This document shows, piece after piece, positions 1 through 10,654 of a stretch of 64,000 nt of DNA; the first letter of the stretch is position 1, and each line of letters starts with the position of its first letter. The notes beneath the pieces are model-generated. The model did not search any database. It was not told the origin of the DNA and was given only the letters and a program-made list of their open reading frames with translations. This DNA is from a virus (taxonomy: Duplodnaviria; Caudoviricetes). Made by a program: the position numbers and the translations under genes. Location of the stretch: positions 138,491-202,490 of the IMG/VR virus record IMGVR_UViG_3300042090_001530. The stretch is one strand, 5' to 3'.

Positions 1-301
1 GGCACGTGCAGCCCTCGGGCGCCCACTGTGCGCGGGCGGTCGGGTGGCCGTCCTGTTCGTCGGCTTCGACGATCCGGGTGACGACGGAGGCGAGGATCGC
101 GTCGGTCACGGGATCATGCGCCGGCGGCTGGGCAGCTTGCCGTGCAGGTACGACGGGCACGTGTGAGGCGACCGGTGGATGAACGTGCCAGACTCGTGCT
201 GGTAGCAGCCGGTCGGCCGTTCCGGCGTCTCGGGCGCGTTGCTCTCGGCGGTCTGCGTGTCGGTGGTTTCGTCGCTCATTGAGACTCCTCGGGTGAACTG
301 G

Positions 302-1378
302 TCATTCGTGCATCCATGGCGGGCAGGAGTGGGGACGCCCATGGATCCAAGATCCATCTACGTGTCGACACCCCGACAGGAACCGCTCGCGTGGCACGGT
401 GGGCATCCGCACCCTTGGCGGCGACGGTTGGCGCGCGCTCAACGGCTTCTCGATCTCGACATCCAACTCTCGGGCGATCGCGATCAGGGTTCGGTCCATC
501 GTGAACGGCACGTCGCAGGCGTAGCAACTATGCATGATGCCGTCGTTGTCGTGCTCGTCAACTACGGCCGTGACCGCCCGGAGCAGCATGCTGACAGTTG
601 GCTCGTTGCCGTATTCCAGGCCGTCTTCCAGTTCGGCGAGGCGCTTGCGGATTACGGCTGGCGGCGTAGGCCCGTCGGCTTGCGCGTCGTCGTCTACGCT
701 GTCCGGCTCGGGCACGGCCGCCATCATGGGGGCTCTCATCCCCGACTTGGCCGGGGCGTCGGCGTTGAAACTCGACTTCACGCCGAGCGCCTCATGCACG
801 AGCGCGGCCATGCTCAGGTCCGGGTCGGACGGGGTGCCGTACATGACGATGTTCGACAGGGTCTTGTTCACCGCGTCGCTGGCAGCCCGCTGGACGAGCC
901 GCGCGGCTCGTTTCGCACTCGGGTTGTCGATCTCGGCTTGGAGTTCCCGGTTGCGTTCGCGGGCGCGGGCGAGTTCCGCGCGCGCCGCCCCGATCTTCGT
1001 GGCCATCTCGCCGTAGGTTCGCTGGTGGCCTTTGATGCGCCGTTGCAGGCTGTCGATCTGCTCGAGCACCCAATCTTCGTGGTATCCCCATTGGTTCAAC
1101 CAGGGCCATGCGCCGACGTCGCGGTCGGTCAGCCGGTCCCCCTGCTTAAGATCGGGACCGTGGGAGGTGTCGGCGCAGTCGGGCGGGCAGCCTGCGTAGA
1201 CGACGATCCAGGAGAGCGGCGGGAGGGGCTTGAGCGGGTCAGCGACGGCGATGATGTGCCCGCCGTTGGAGCGGCGCACGATCGGCCGGCCGTGCTTGTC
1301 CAGGTTCGACGGGTGGAGCGGGGCAGGGCCGAGGAGCCCTTCGAAGGTGAGTGGCGGTTGCTGCTGATTGTCTGGCAT
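302..1378 (-). CDS. Hypothetical protein, central coiled coil, C-terminal Cys/His motif
   Basis: ATG at 1378 (MPDNQQQ...); ends GCRHVDGSWIHGRPHSCPPWMHE. Confidence 0.65.
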   Translation of the reverse strand: MPDNQQQPPLTFEGLLGPAPLHPSNLDKHGRPIVRRSNGGHIIAVADPLKPLPPLSWIVVYAGCPPDCADTSHGPDLKQGDRLTDRDVGAWPWLNQWGYHEDWVLEQIDSLQRRIKGHQRTYGEMATKIGAARAELARARERNRELQAEIDNPSAKRAARLVQRAASDAVNKTLSNIVMYGTPSDPDLSMAALVHEALGVKSSFNADAPAKSGMRAPMMAAVPEPDSVDDDAQADGPTPPAVIRKRLAELEDGLEYGNEPTVSMLLRAVTAVVDEHDNDGIMHSCYACDVPFTMDRTLIAIARELDVEIEKPLSARQPSPPRVRMPTVPRERFLSGCRHVDGSWIHGRPHSCPPWMHE

Positions 1379-2856
1379 GGTCACAGTCCCGTGATGATGT
1401 TCGAGATGATGCCGGTCGGCGCGGTCGTGAACGGCGCGGTGAACATGCTGGAGCGGTAGAACTCGGCGAACCGGTCGACCGTAGGCAGCTTGATGATCTC
1501 GAGGTCCCGCGTGGTGTCGTCGTCGTAGACGAGCCGTAGATGCCGGGCGGCTATGTCGTTGTCCTCGATGACCGGCACGCCCGTGAATGCCGCGGCGCAC
1601 AGCGGCCCAGGCTCGGCTTTCGGGAGCGCCGCAGCCAGGTAGGTGACGACGAACCAAGAGCCGCGGAGTTCCCGCAGGACCGGGCCGTGCGCGGCCCGGT
1701 GGCGTGCGAGCCGGTCGAGGAGTTCCGCGGTCGACGGCGGCGCGTCGGGGATGACGTACGACTCGGGCTCGCGGTCGAGCATGATCTCGGCGTACCCGCA
1801 CACGTACTCGGTCGCGGCCTGGTCGATGACGGCCTGCGGGTCGGTCGGTGGCCAGACCCGCCACTCGATCGGTTCGCCGGCTGCGGCGGCCTGCATGGCG
1901 CGGACGAATCGCGCCTCGACGTTGAGCCGCCAGATCAGCCGCTCGAACTTGTCGAGCAGCAGCCGGCGGCGCTCGCGGTCCTCAGCGGTCAGCACTTCAG
2001 CTCGCTCATCGCCTTGAGGCAATCATGTCGGCCCTCGCCCTTCCGCTCGGGACAGCCACAGCGCTGGCACAGCGGCCACGCATGCTCGATCGGGCCGTCC
2101 TCGCCCCAGACGATGACGGTCGGGTAACGGTCGTACTCGTCGGTCTGATAGCTGAGGACGGTGCCGCGCGGCCACGATTCGGCTTGGATCGCATCGAGCA
2201 CGCCGAGGTTCAGCCGGTTGACCGCGATGTGGAACACGATCGAGTTCGAGGCGCGCGTGCCCGTGTTCTCGACCGGCTCGGGCCGGTACGCCTCGGTGCC
2301 GCCGCCGAAGAATCCGATCGGGTACCGCTCGAAGATGTCGGCGAACCTGTCCGCGTGACCGTTGAACGTGGCTGGGATCACGAACACGACGTCAGTGATA
2401 GTGCTCACCGATCACCCCCGGGGACGTCGCGACCCGGCAGCTCGCCGAGCAGTCCTTGCATCGTCCGCTCGACCAGCGCCGCGAACTCGGCCGGGTCGGA
2501 CGTCATGACTTGGGCGTAGACGTCGGCGTCGGCGGTTCGGGACTTGCGGCGCAGCGTGTTACGGAACGGCTCGGACACGAGCACGATGCGCGGAGGCTTC
2601 CAGTCGAGCGGCCAGACCTCCCAGCCGCACGTGTCCTCGATCGCCTCGACGAGCATGTTGTAGGCCTCGGCGTCCATCCAGCCTTCGCCGGTTAGTAGCC
2701 AGTACACGTGGCCGTCATGGCACGACTCGTAGACTTCGCGGACGTTGGTGGGGTTGTCCGGGTCGATGCCGCACTGCTCGAGGAACCCGCGGCCCCAGCC
2801 AGGCTCGGGCGGCCATTGGTCAGGATCGGCATAGGCGGGCTGGGGGATCGCGTCGG

Positions 2857-3363
2857 TCACCGCGCCACCTGCTTGTTGTCGAGCGCGTCGCGCACCTCGT
2901 CGACGTTGAATCGTCGGTGCCCGCCGAGCGTCCAACTGTGCGGGATCCTGCCCTGGCGGGCGTACGAGCCGACTACCGACGCCCCGACGCCGAGAGCCTT
3001 AGCAACCTCTGCTGCAGTCGCACGGCGGTCCACGTGCGCGGCCGGGGGCGGCTGTGGAGTCTCGGACAGTAGGGCGCGGAGCCGGATGACTTCCGTGAAC
3101 CACTCCTCCAGCGCGTGTGTCTCGAGGTGCTCGCGCAGAATGCCCTCGACGCGCATCACTTCGGCGCGGACAGTGGCGTAGACCATGGCCCCCATCGGGT
3201 CGCCGTCGTATTCGGCGAGCGGGGTCGCGTCCGGCTCGACGAACGCCGGAGTGGCCCAGTCGTCCAACCCCGACGGCTTGTCAAAATGCCAGCCGCAGGC
3301 TTCGATCGGGCATTGGCGGCAGGTCGCGACCCCGGGCGGGTGCACATACGTCTCGTCAAGCAC
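2857..3363 (-). CDS. Protein with C-terminal BldC/excisionase-like (MerR-type) HTH
   Basis: C-terminus TAAEVAKALGVGASVVGSYARQGRIPHSWTLGGHRRFNVDEVRDAL carries the BldC-family TLGGHRR signature; GTG start at 3363 overlaps the upstream gene end. Confidence 0.7.
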   Translation of the reverse strand: MLDETYVHPPGVATCRQCPIEACGWHFDKPSGLDDWATPAFVEPDATPLAEYDGDPMGAMVYATVRAEVMRVEGILREHLETHALEEWFTEVIRLRALLSETPQPPPAAHVDRRATAAEVAKALGVGASVVGSYARQGRIPHSWTLGGHRRFNVDEVRDALDNKQVAR

Positions 3364-4009
3364 GGGCCCACCCCGCTGCAATAAGGAGCTCGCGGGCGTC
3401 GCCACGGCTATCGGTCCACCACGGCTCGCGGCCCAGCAGCTTGTAGCAGTCGCTAAGGACGCCGGGCTCGGCCTTCGGCGGGTCGATCCACATGCCGCGC
3501 AGGACGACGACCGGCTCGAGTCTGAACCCGATCCGCCGCCAGTAGACGTGCTCGACGTGCCAAAGCTGGCCCTCACCGTCCTCGTCCGGATCAACCCATA
3601 ATGGGACGCGGTTGCCCGGCGTCGGCAGGAAGTCCGCTACGAGATCGAGCGTGTAGAGATCGAGGTCTTGGCTCTCGCCGCTGTATACGGCTAGGGATAG
3701 CCGCACGATGCCGGACATCAGCTAGCCTCCTGATCCTCGGCGCGCACCGGTTCTCCAGACGCGTACGGTCGGGCGAGGAACGCGGGCACGAAGTCCCCGT
3801 AGTGCACGCCGTCCGCGAACCTGGGCGTGAACCACCTGGCCAACTCGACCACGTACGGCCCGGTGCCGCGCACGTTGCCGACGTAGGCGACCTGTGGCAC
3901 GCCGACCTGCTCGGAGCCGATGAACAGGCGCTGGCCGCGGCGGACGGGCTCGACGAGTTCGATCGTGTCCGTCTCGGCTAGGGCGGCACTGCGCAGGAAG
4001 TTCGGGCGG

Positions 4010-4480
4010 TCAGTCATGGCCTGGCACCTCCTCGGACTGGCCGACGGTGCCGCCCGCGCGCCGGACGCGCTTGCGGAACACGCTGAACGTGACCCCGGCC
4101 GGGATGACGACGGGTATCTCCGGTTGGGCGGTCTCGGTCCACAGCCACGGGATCTTCCCGCCGTTGATCATCTCGACGCTGTAGGGCGTGTTGAACGCGA
4201 TGCTGCGCGGAGTCTCGAACGGGCCGGTGAACTCGACCATGAAGATCTGCCACGGCGGCTCCGGATTCGGCACCCACGCGTAACTGCCGTCCGGCTGCTT
4301 CGTGTACCGCCGGGCGTCCCACGTGTACGGGCTGCCGGCGTTGCAGTCGTACGGGGCGTCGTTCCAATCGTCACCCCACTGCTTCTCGAGCTCCTGGGTG
4401 GTGAAGTAAGCGAGCCGGTGGCCGCGCGTTGACTCGTAGACGTAGCAGAGGGCCGCGTTGCGTACGGCGCGGCTAAGCAT
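4010..4480 (-). CDS. Conserved phage-type hypothetical protein (QWGDDWNDAPY motif)
   Basis: ATG 4480 overlaps upstream TAG; motif recalled from phage proteins, unverified. Confidence 0.6.
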   Translation of the reverse strand: MLSRAVRNAALCYVYESTRGHRLAYFTTQELEKQWGDDWNDAPYDCNAGSPYTWDARRYTKQPDGSYAWVPNPEPPWQIFMVEFTGPFETPRSIAFNTPYSVEMINGGKIPWLWTETAQPEIPVVIPAGVTFSVFRKRVRRAGGTVGQSEEVPGHD

Positions 4481-4820
4481 CGGCGGCCTCTGTGCTCTCG
4501 GGCGGCGCATGATGCCCCCGCTGGTATTCGCGTCCCTTGGCCGAGACCTCAAGGTTCCCGCGGCACCCACACGAACAGCCCGCGACGAGGCCCTTGTGGA
4601 CGAGCCGCCGGATTTTCGAGAGCACGACTTTCGACGGCGTGTCGGGCCAGCTGCGCGCCGACTCGGCAGTGCCGACCGCCTCCGGGTGGCCGGCGAGCAC
4701 GGAGGCCACGTCCCACCGACTGGCTGCGGTGAACGTGTGCCCGGTCAGTTCGGTGCGGCGCCGGTTCGCCTCGTCGATCGCGTCCAGGAACGCGACGTCG
4801 GGAATGTCAGCGGCCTTCAC
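4473..4820 (-). CDS. Winged-helix-like hypothetical protein (GCxCGCRG motif)
   Basis: KVVLSKIRRLVHKGLVAGCSCGCRGNLEV; GTGA overlap with upstream gene. Confidence 0.6.
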   Translation of the reverse strand: MKAADIPDVAFLDAIDEANRRRTELTGHTFTAASRWDVASVLAGHPEAVGTAESARSWPDTPSKVVLSKIRRLVHKGLVAGCSCGCRGNLEVSAKGREYQRGHHAPPESTEAADA

Positions 4821-5391
4821 GTGCCACCGCCAGCCTGCTCGGTGTTGGCGACTGCTTCGTCCCACCTGAACCCACAGATCATGCACAGGCGCCCGAGCCA
4901 TTCGTCGGGCCACCACGGTGCTATCCCGGTCGCTGACGGATACGGGCGCCAGTCCGCGCCGCCGCTGAAGTAGCCCGCATACCAAGGGCCGTTCTCGCCG
5001 AGCAGCCCGATCTGCCGCTGCGGGTCGGTTAGCGCGCGAAGGTATCGCGTCTGCGCACAGGAGCACCCGCACTTCGGACAGGCCCCGTCCTTGCCGGAGA
5101 ACGGCGGCAGGCCGGGGCGCGGATCCTCGGGTGCAGGGGCGTCGTCGACTTCGACGCGTACCGGGCTGCCTGCGGCGTGCGCTCGGGCGAGCACTACGCG
5201 GTCGCTGTACGGCTGGCCGTAGCCGAGCCGCACCACCGGGATCTCGTCGTCCGAGCACAGGTACACCGGGACGGTCTCAGCGGCGGCCGTGTCCGGTGAC
5301 AGGGTGATCCGGCACGGGGCTGGCACCGGCTCGTTCAGGTGGACGTATCCGGCGCCGGGGCGCACGCTGTTCGCCAGCGTCGTCGGCCCGC

Positions 5392-5694
5392 TCACCGGTT
5401 CGCCGCCTCTCGGATCACGTCGAGTCGCTCGCGCAGATCGCGGGCTTCGGCCTCTGCCGCGATCGCCCGCTTCAGCGCGTCGAGGTATCTCCGTTCCGTC
5501 TCCTCATCCACGCCCTTGCGCCGAGCCTCATGCACCTGCCGCGCCGTATCGGCAGGCAGCCCGCACCTAGGGCACGGCTGGCCGTCGCGGAACGCGGCGA
5601 GGATGTCCGAGAGGTAGTTGCCGCAGCCTGGGCACTCGATCCGGCCGTAGTCGCGGGCTTCCTCGAACACGTCAGTCGTTGAAGTGGTACTCAC
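5392..5694 (-). CDS. Zn-ribbon + coiled-coil protein (paralog of 5672-5983)
   Basis: CPGC...CPRC then heptad-rich tail. Confidence 0.65.
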   Translation of the reverse strand: MSTTSTTDVFEEARDYGRIECPGCGNYLSDILAAFRDGQPCPRCGLPADTARQVHEARRKGVDEETERRYLDALKRAIAAEAEARDLRERLDVIREAANR

Positions 5695-5983
5695 GTTCGC
5701 GCCCCTCCCAGTCGAAGGCTCCCAGGTAGCTGCGCAGCCGGGCGAGCTTCCGCTTCAGGTTCGTGGCCTCCGCCTCGGCCTTCCCGGCCCGGACGGCGAG
5801 TTCCTCGAACTTCGCGGTCACCTCGGCCGACGCGTGCGTCTCGCGGACCCGGTAGATCTCACGGAGCGTCTCGCCCGCCAGTCCGCACGTCGGGCACGCG
5901 TCCGGGTAGGCGTCGCCGTCGTACACCTCAGCGAGCGCGGACAGGTGCGACTGGCAGGACGGGCACGTGAACTTGCGGGTCAC
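5672..5983 (-). CDS. Zn-ribbon + coiled-coil protein (paralog of 5392-5694)
   Basis: CPSC...CPTC then heptad-rich tail. Confidence 0.65.
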   Translation of the reverse strand: MTRKFTCPSCQSHLSALAEVYDGDAYPDACPTCGLAGETLREIYRVRETHASAEVTAKFEELAVRAGKAEAEATNLKRKLARLRSYLGAFDWEGREREYHFND

Positions 5984-8900
5984 GACAGCGCCCCGATCGC
6001 CGCGTCGAACAGTTCGTTCGCACGCCGCTTGTCATAATCCTTGACGTAGTAGCCGTCGTCGAAGTACTCCATGTCCAACAGCCCTCCGGCAGCGAACGCG
6101 ATGAAAAGCCTCGTGTCCCAGTCAGAGCTGCCCCACGGGGATTTGAGGCCCTTGGCGGCCCGAAGCAGAGCGATCAGGTATTCGCGCACCGTGGAGGCGT
6201 TGACGTCGTTCGGGCCCATGGGCAGGCCGAGGATCAGTGCGCCGTCCGGTTCCTGCCGCGGGTCGCGCTGCACGACGACTGACGGTTCGTCGATGCGGAT
6301 GGAGGTGATCGTGTCGCCGGCGCGTAGTTCGAAGCCGGCGTAGTCATTCGGGCTGGGCTCGATGGTCCAGGTGCCGTCGCGCCACACCGGCTCGTATCGG
6401 CCGCGCTCGGTGGCGGTGAACGGTTCGGTGAGGGGGATTTCGAAGTCAGCCATCAGCGTCTCCGTGCGTTGGTTCCGTGGCGGGGAGTAGTCCGGCGTCG
6501 TCGAGCATCCCGAGCGCCCGCCTGGCCGCCGCGTCCGGGTAGGGCGCGCCGCCGGGCTGATGGTCGACCGCGCGCCGGCCGAGCGAGACGTACGTGGCGA
6601 CCTGTACGAGCGCGTCGAACGCCTCACGGGGTACGGCGACGTAGCCGCTCTCCCGGCTCACTCCGCGCTCAATTCGAAGTGCAGCCCAAGCTCGGTGATG
6701 ACGGCGCTCGCCCCCGGCATCAGGCCGTCGAGGACGGTCGGGTTCGCGTTGATGTAGGCAGTGACCGCCTTCGCGTTTCCGAGAACCCGTGCGGCGGCGG
6801 CATCGTTCTCGCGCTGGATCTCCTCCATGACGCGGTCGTACGCCTCCCAGTAGGCCTGCTCTTCCGGGGTCATGTCGTCGAGCCCGAACACGGCCTCGAT
6901 CCGCAGCTTCAGGTGCCCGGCGTACGCGTCGTCAGTCATCGGCCGCCTCGTCCTCGTTCAACTGGTCTTCGTCGAAGGCCGGGATGCCGTGCAGGTTCGC
7001 CGTCAGCTTGGCGCTCGGGCCGTACACGTCGTTCCGGTGGCACCGGCACGGGCACACCCCGAGGACGCTGGTCCTGCTCAGCACCGTGCCCCAGCCGATC
7101 GGATTTGGCTCCACGGCGCCAGCGGAGCGGATAATGAACCCGGCGGTACAGCGCGGCCACACCTCGTCCTGATGGTCCCTGTCGCTGTCACGGCAGCGCT
7201 CCAGGTCGTGCTTGTCGCCCGGCTTGACGATGAACACCTTGCCGCGCAGGTACCGGTACGACTCCTCATCGGCGGTCGCGACCGCGCCGAAGCTGCGCTC
7301 GATGAAGTACTTCACGAAGTGCTCGAACCGGTCCGTGTCGGTGCCGCCGAACTGAAGGTCCAGCAGCATCGGGTCGAGATGCGTCTCGCGCGACGTGAAC
7401 CGGCGTCCGTCAATGCGCACGGACACTTCCATCAGGACGTTCGACTCATGCCACGCCGGGCGCCCGGTATGCGGGTCGTAGACGCCGGGGTAGGGTGCCC
7501 GGGACGGACCGGTGGGCCAGCGCACGACCTGCCCGGCGACGGCCCGCATGTGCTCGTCGCCACCGGCTTCGGCGTCCTGGATCAGCCGTAGGACGTCGCG
7601 TTCGCTACCGCCGTCCGTGCCGAGGCGACGGGCGCGCTCGGACAACTCCTCGGGAGTGGGGCCGGACTCAGTCATCGTCGTCCCCTTTGCAGAGCAGCGT
7701 CCCGGATTCCTGGAAGCCGCAGGTCCTGCACGCCTCCTGGAAGTTGCACTGCCGCCGAGCGCCTTCGTGGTCGTGGAAGTCGTGATGCGCCATCGGTCCG
7801 CAGCCTTGCGGACACTCCCGTTCGATCACGGGCCGCAGCGGGGCTGACTCGCAGACCTCGGGCCACCGGTAGTAGTCGTTCGCGTCGTCATCGTCGAGGA
7901 ACCACGCGAAGCCCCACGCGTCGCTCCGAAACCAGAGCCGGCCGTGTCGGTCCACGACGCGGGTAAGCGGGGGCGGTTCGGCGCAGCCGAGGGGGAGCGG
8001 TTCGCCGAGGCTAAGCATCGATCTCCTTCGGTCGCAGGACTTCGCCGTCCACGAACTCGGGCTGAACGGACGCGACCTTGACGTAGCCTTCGCTCTCGCC
8101 GTCAGTGGTTACCGACAGGTAGACCGAGAGCCCTGGCGTGTGCCACTCCCAGCAGCGGCTGCCGTCGTCGCCGACGCCTTCGGACGGGGCCGTGGTGACG
8201 ACGAGATGCCGGGCGCCGTCGCGGGCATGCTCGGGCACGCCCAGGCCGGCGAGGAACGCGGCTGCGAGCGGCGTATTCGCGGCCGTCGAGCATTCGGCCG
8301 GCGGCACCGGCGCGACGCTGAGGAGGTCGACTGGGCGGAAGACGTCGCGGGGGTTAGTCATCGCAATCTCCGGGTGCAACCAGTTCGAGCAGCCGCTGCT
8401 CCCAGGACGCGTGCAGCGTGTTGACGTTGTCGCCAGCGAGTTGGCCTGCCTCGCCTGCCTGCGCCACGACGCCGCCGAGTTCGTTCAGGCCCGCGCCGTC
8501 GGCGGTGCGGATCCGGTACTCCAGTTCGGTGAACGCGTCCGGCCCGGACGGCGGCGCTGGCTCAGCGCCTTTGGGCGCGACCAGCCTGCCGAGCCGCGCC
8601 GACCAGGCTTCGCACAACTCGAGGTCTTGGTCGCGGGTGAGACTCTGGCCGAGCCACGCCTCACGGATCTCGATCCACAACGGTCCGAGTGCCGCACCGT
8701 CGGCCGCCTTGATCCGGGTGAGCAGCGCGTTGAACAGCGCCGTGTCCGGGCGCCACGTGAAGTCGTGCGTCCATGCCGCCAGGATCTCGCCGAACACCTG
8801 GCCGAAGGCTTCGGGGAACGGTATGGGCTCAGTCATCGACCTTCACCACCGTCACGGGCCCGGTTTCGCACACTCGCGTCCACGATTCCGGTTCGAAGTA

Positions 8901-9628
8901 GTCGACGTCGGTCTTCTCCCAGTTCGCGGCACCGTCATGGTCGCCATCGTCCGTCCGCCGCCACAGCCGACCGCTGGCGTCTCGAACCGTGACCCAGTGC
9001 CCGGGCTCGGGGTCGCCCGCGGTGAGTACGTCGCCGACGTTCGGCGGCACCCGGTCCTCCCAAGGAAACGGGGTCGAGTCGTTGACCCGGAACAGCCCGC
9101 CGACCATCGCGTGCGGGCGGATGACCGGTCCGAGGCTCTCAGCCATCGGCCACCGCCGTCGATTCGACGATCTCGTACTTGAGCGACTGGACCAGCCGCC
9201 CCTTGAACTGACGCACCCGCAGGCCGGTCACGACGCAGCGCGTGAGCTCAGGCGTGCCGGACTCCCAGTCGGTGAAGTCGAACTCGAGCGGCTCATCGAG
9301 CAGCGCGTAGTTCGCGGTGAATTCGTGGAGCAGTCCGCGGAGAGTCGGCGGCTTGTCAGTCATCCTCGCGCTCCGCTTCAGCGGCCGCCGCCGGGCATCC
9401 GAGCCACGGCCAGTGCACGAGGCTCAGGTTGACGTTCGTCGGCCCGGTCTCGGTGCGTTCGGGATGGAAGTACGCGCCACTGTGCATGTCGGCCTTCTCG
9501 AGTCCGTACCAGTGCCCGTTGAGCGTGATGAACGAGCCGCCTGTGAGGCCGTGGAGGTCGATGTCGTGGTGAGCGCCGAGGTGTTCGACGCGGGCGGTGA
9601 GGGGTTGACGCTTCGCTGAGTCCGGCAC

Positions 9629-9640
9629 GCGACCAGTGTG
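9629..9640 (-). promoter_or_regulatory. Putative leaderless promoter (-10 CACACT, GGTCGC, then GTG start)
   Basis: Minus strand CACACT-GGTCGC-GTG; same architecture at 19429-19440. Confidence 0.45.
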
Positions 9641-9708
9641 CCGTATTACGTCCTACCATCACACGTCTTACGGCTACCATCGGACGCAGTCTCAGAAAGG
9701 GGTCACCA

Positions 9709-10443
9709 GTGGCCAAGCTGTGCCAGATCGTCGCCGTCGAGAAGTCGGTGAAGTCCAAGTCGTTCGCGGACCTCACCGAAGCGCATCACGCGTTGCAGAA
9801 GCCCGCGCTGCTCGCCGGGATCTCCCGCACCTACCAGCCCAAGGACGAGGAAGGCGACACGTTCCCGCCCGAGTCCACGAAGGTCCAGGTGCGCGCCGAG
9901 GACGTGATCGAACGCACCGCGGCGAACCTCACCCGGCTGTTCGACGTGACCGCAACGAAGGAGTGGGCGAACTGCACGGCCCGGGCGGACGTGAAGCTCC
10001 CGGACGGCACGGTGCTCGTGCACCAGGCGCCGGTCACGTACCTGCTGTTCCTGGAGAAGCAACTGGTCGACCTGGCGACGTTCGTGAAGAAGCTGCCGGT
10101 GCTCGACGCGGCCGAGTCGTGGGAGCACGACCCTGCGTCCAACGCGTGGCGCACCCCCGCGGTGCAGACGAACCGGTCGAAGAAGGTCTACCGCAACCAC
10201 ATCAAGGCCGAAGCCACCGATAAGCACCCGGCTCAGGTCGAGACGTACACCGAAGACGTGACCGCCGGGCACTGGACGACCACGAAGTTCTCCGGCGCCC
10301 TGCCGGCGACGCGGGTTAAGGAGCTCGCCGAGCGGGTGGAGACGCTGCACCACGCCGTGAAGTTCGCGCGCGAGGAGGCCAACGGGGCCGAGGTGACGGA
10401 TCGTCTGGTCGGCGAGGCCGTGTTCGGTTACCTGTTCGCGTGA
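9709..10443 (+). CDS. Conserved actinobacterial hypothetical protein (recalled as DUF7873-like)
   Basis: 244 aa, strong GC3 bias, RBS AAAGGGG; MAKLCQIVAVEK...FGYLFA resembles a widespread Streptomyces family (from memory, unverified). Confidence 0.85.
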   Translation: MAKLCQIVAVEKSVKSKSFADLTEAHHALQKPALLAGISRTYQPKDEEGDTFPPESTKVQVRAEDVIERTAANLTRLFDVTATKEWANCTARADVKLPDGTVLVHQAPVTYLLFLEKQLVDLATFVKKLPVLDAAESWEHDPASNAWRTPAVQTNRSKKVYRNHIKAEATDKHPAQVETYTEDVTAGHWTTTKFSGALPATRVKELAERVETLHHAVKFAREEANGAEVTDRLVGEAVFGYLFA

Positions 10444-10501
10444 TGGTCTAGGATCTGCTGCGAGCGCAGGTTGAGGCTAAGGCTGAAACTGACGGATCGC
10501 T

Positions 10502-10574
10502 CGACGAGGTTGCAGGTTCGAGTCCTGCTCTGCGCACTCCGGGCGCAGATGGCCCAATTGGTAGAGGCGCGTCG
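10502..10574 (+). ncRNA. Circularly permuted tRNA-like (Y-RNA/YrlA-like) module 1
   Basis: CGACG, AGGTT (variable loop), T-arm GCAGG-TTCGAGT-CCTGC (10512-28), 7-bp acceptor hairpin TCTGCGC/GCGCAGA closed by a 7-nt loop (10529-49), TG + D-arm GCCCAATTGGTAGAGGC, then CGTCG pairing with CGACG. Confidence 0.75.
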
Positions 10575-10654
10575 GGTTCCACCCAGGTTGAGGCTCTCGC
10601 TCCAGGCTCGCGTATCGCAGTCGATCGCCCGATCGAATGGATTGCCGCTGAGAC

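Larger units (their letters stand above)
106..9628 (-). other. Run of ~23 small translationally coupled hypothetical genes
   Basis: Consecutive minus-strand ORFs with start/stop overlaps (e.g. 1989-2408, 2405-2860, 3356-3718, 3718-4017, 4817-5395, 5980-6453, 6446-6661, 6658-6939, 6932-7675, 7668-8018, 8011-8361, 8354-8836, 8829-9146, 9139-9363, 9356-9628). Confidence 0.75.

Noticed and set aside
10380-10392. 13-nt match between spacer 40726-40757 and the 244-aa gene
   Set aside because: Too short for self-targeting; rest of spacer mismatches; expected by chance in GC-rich DNA.
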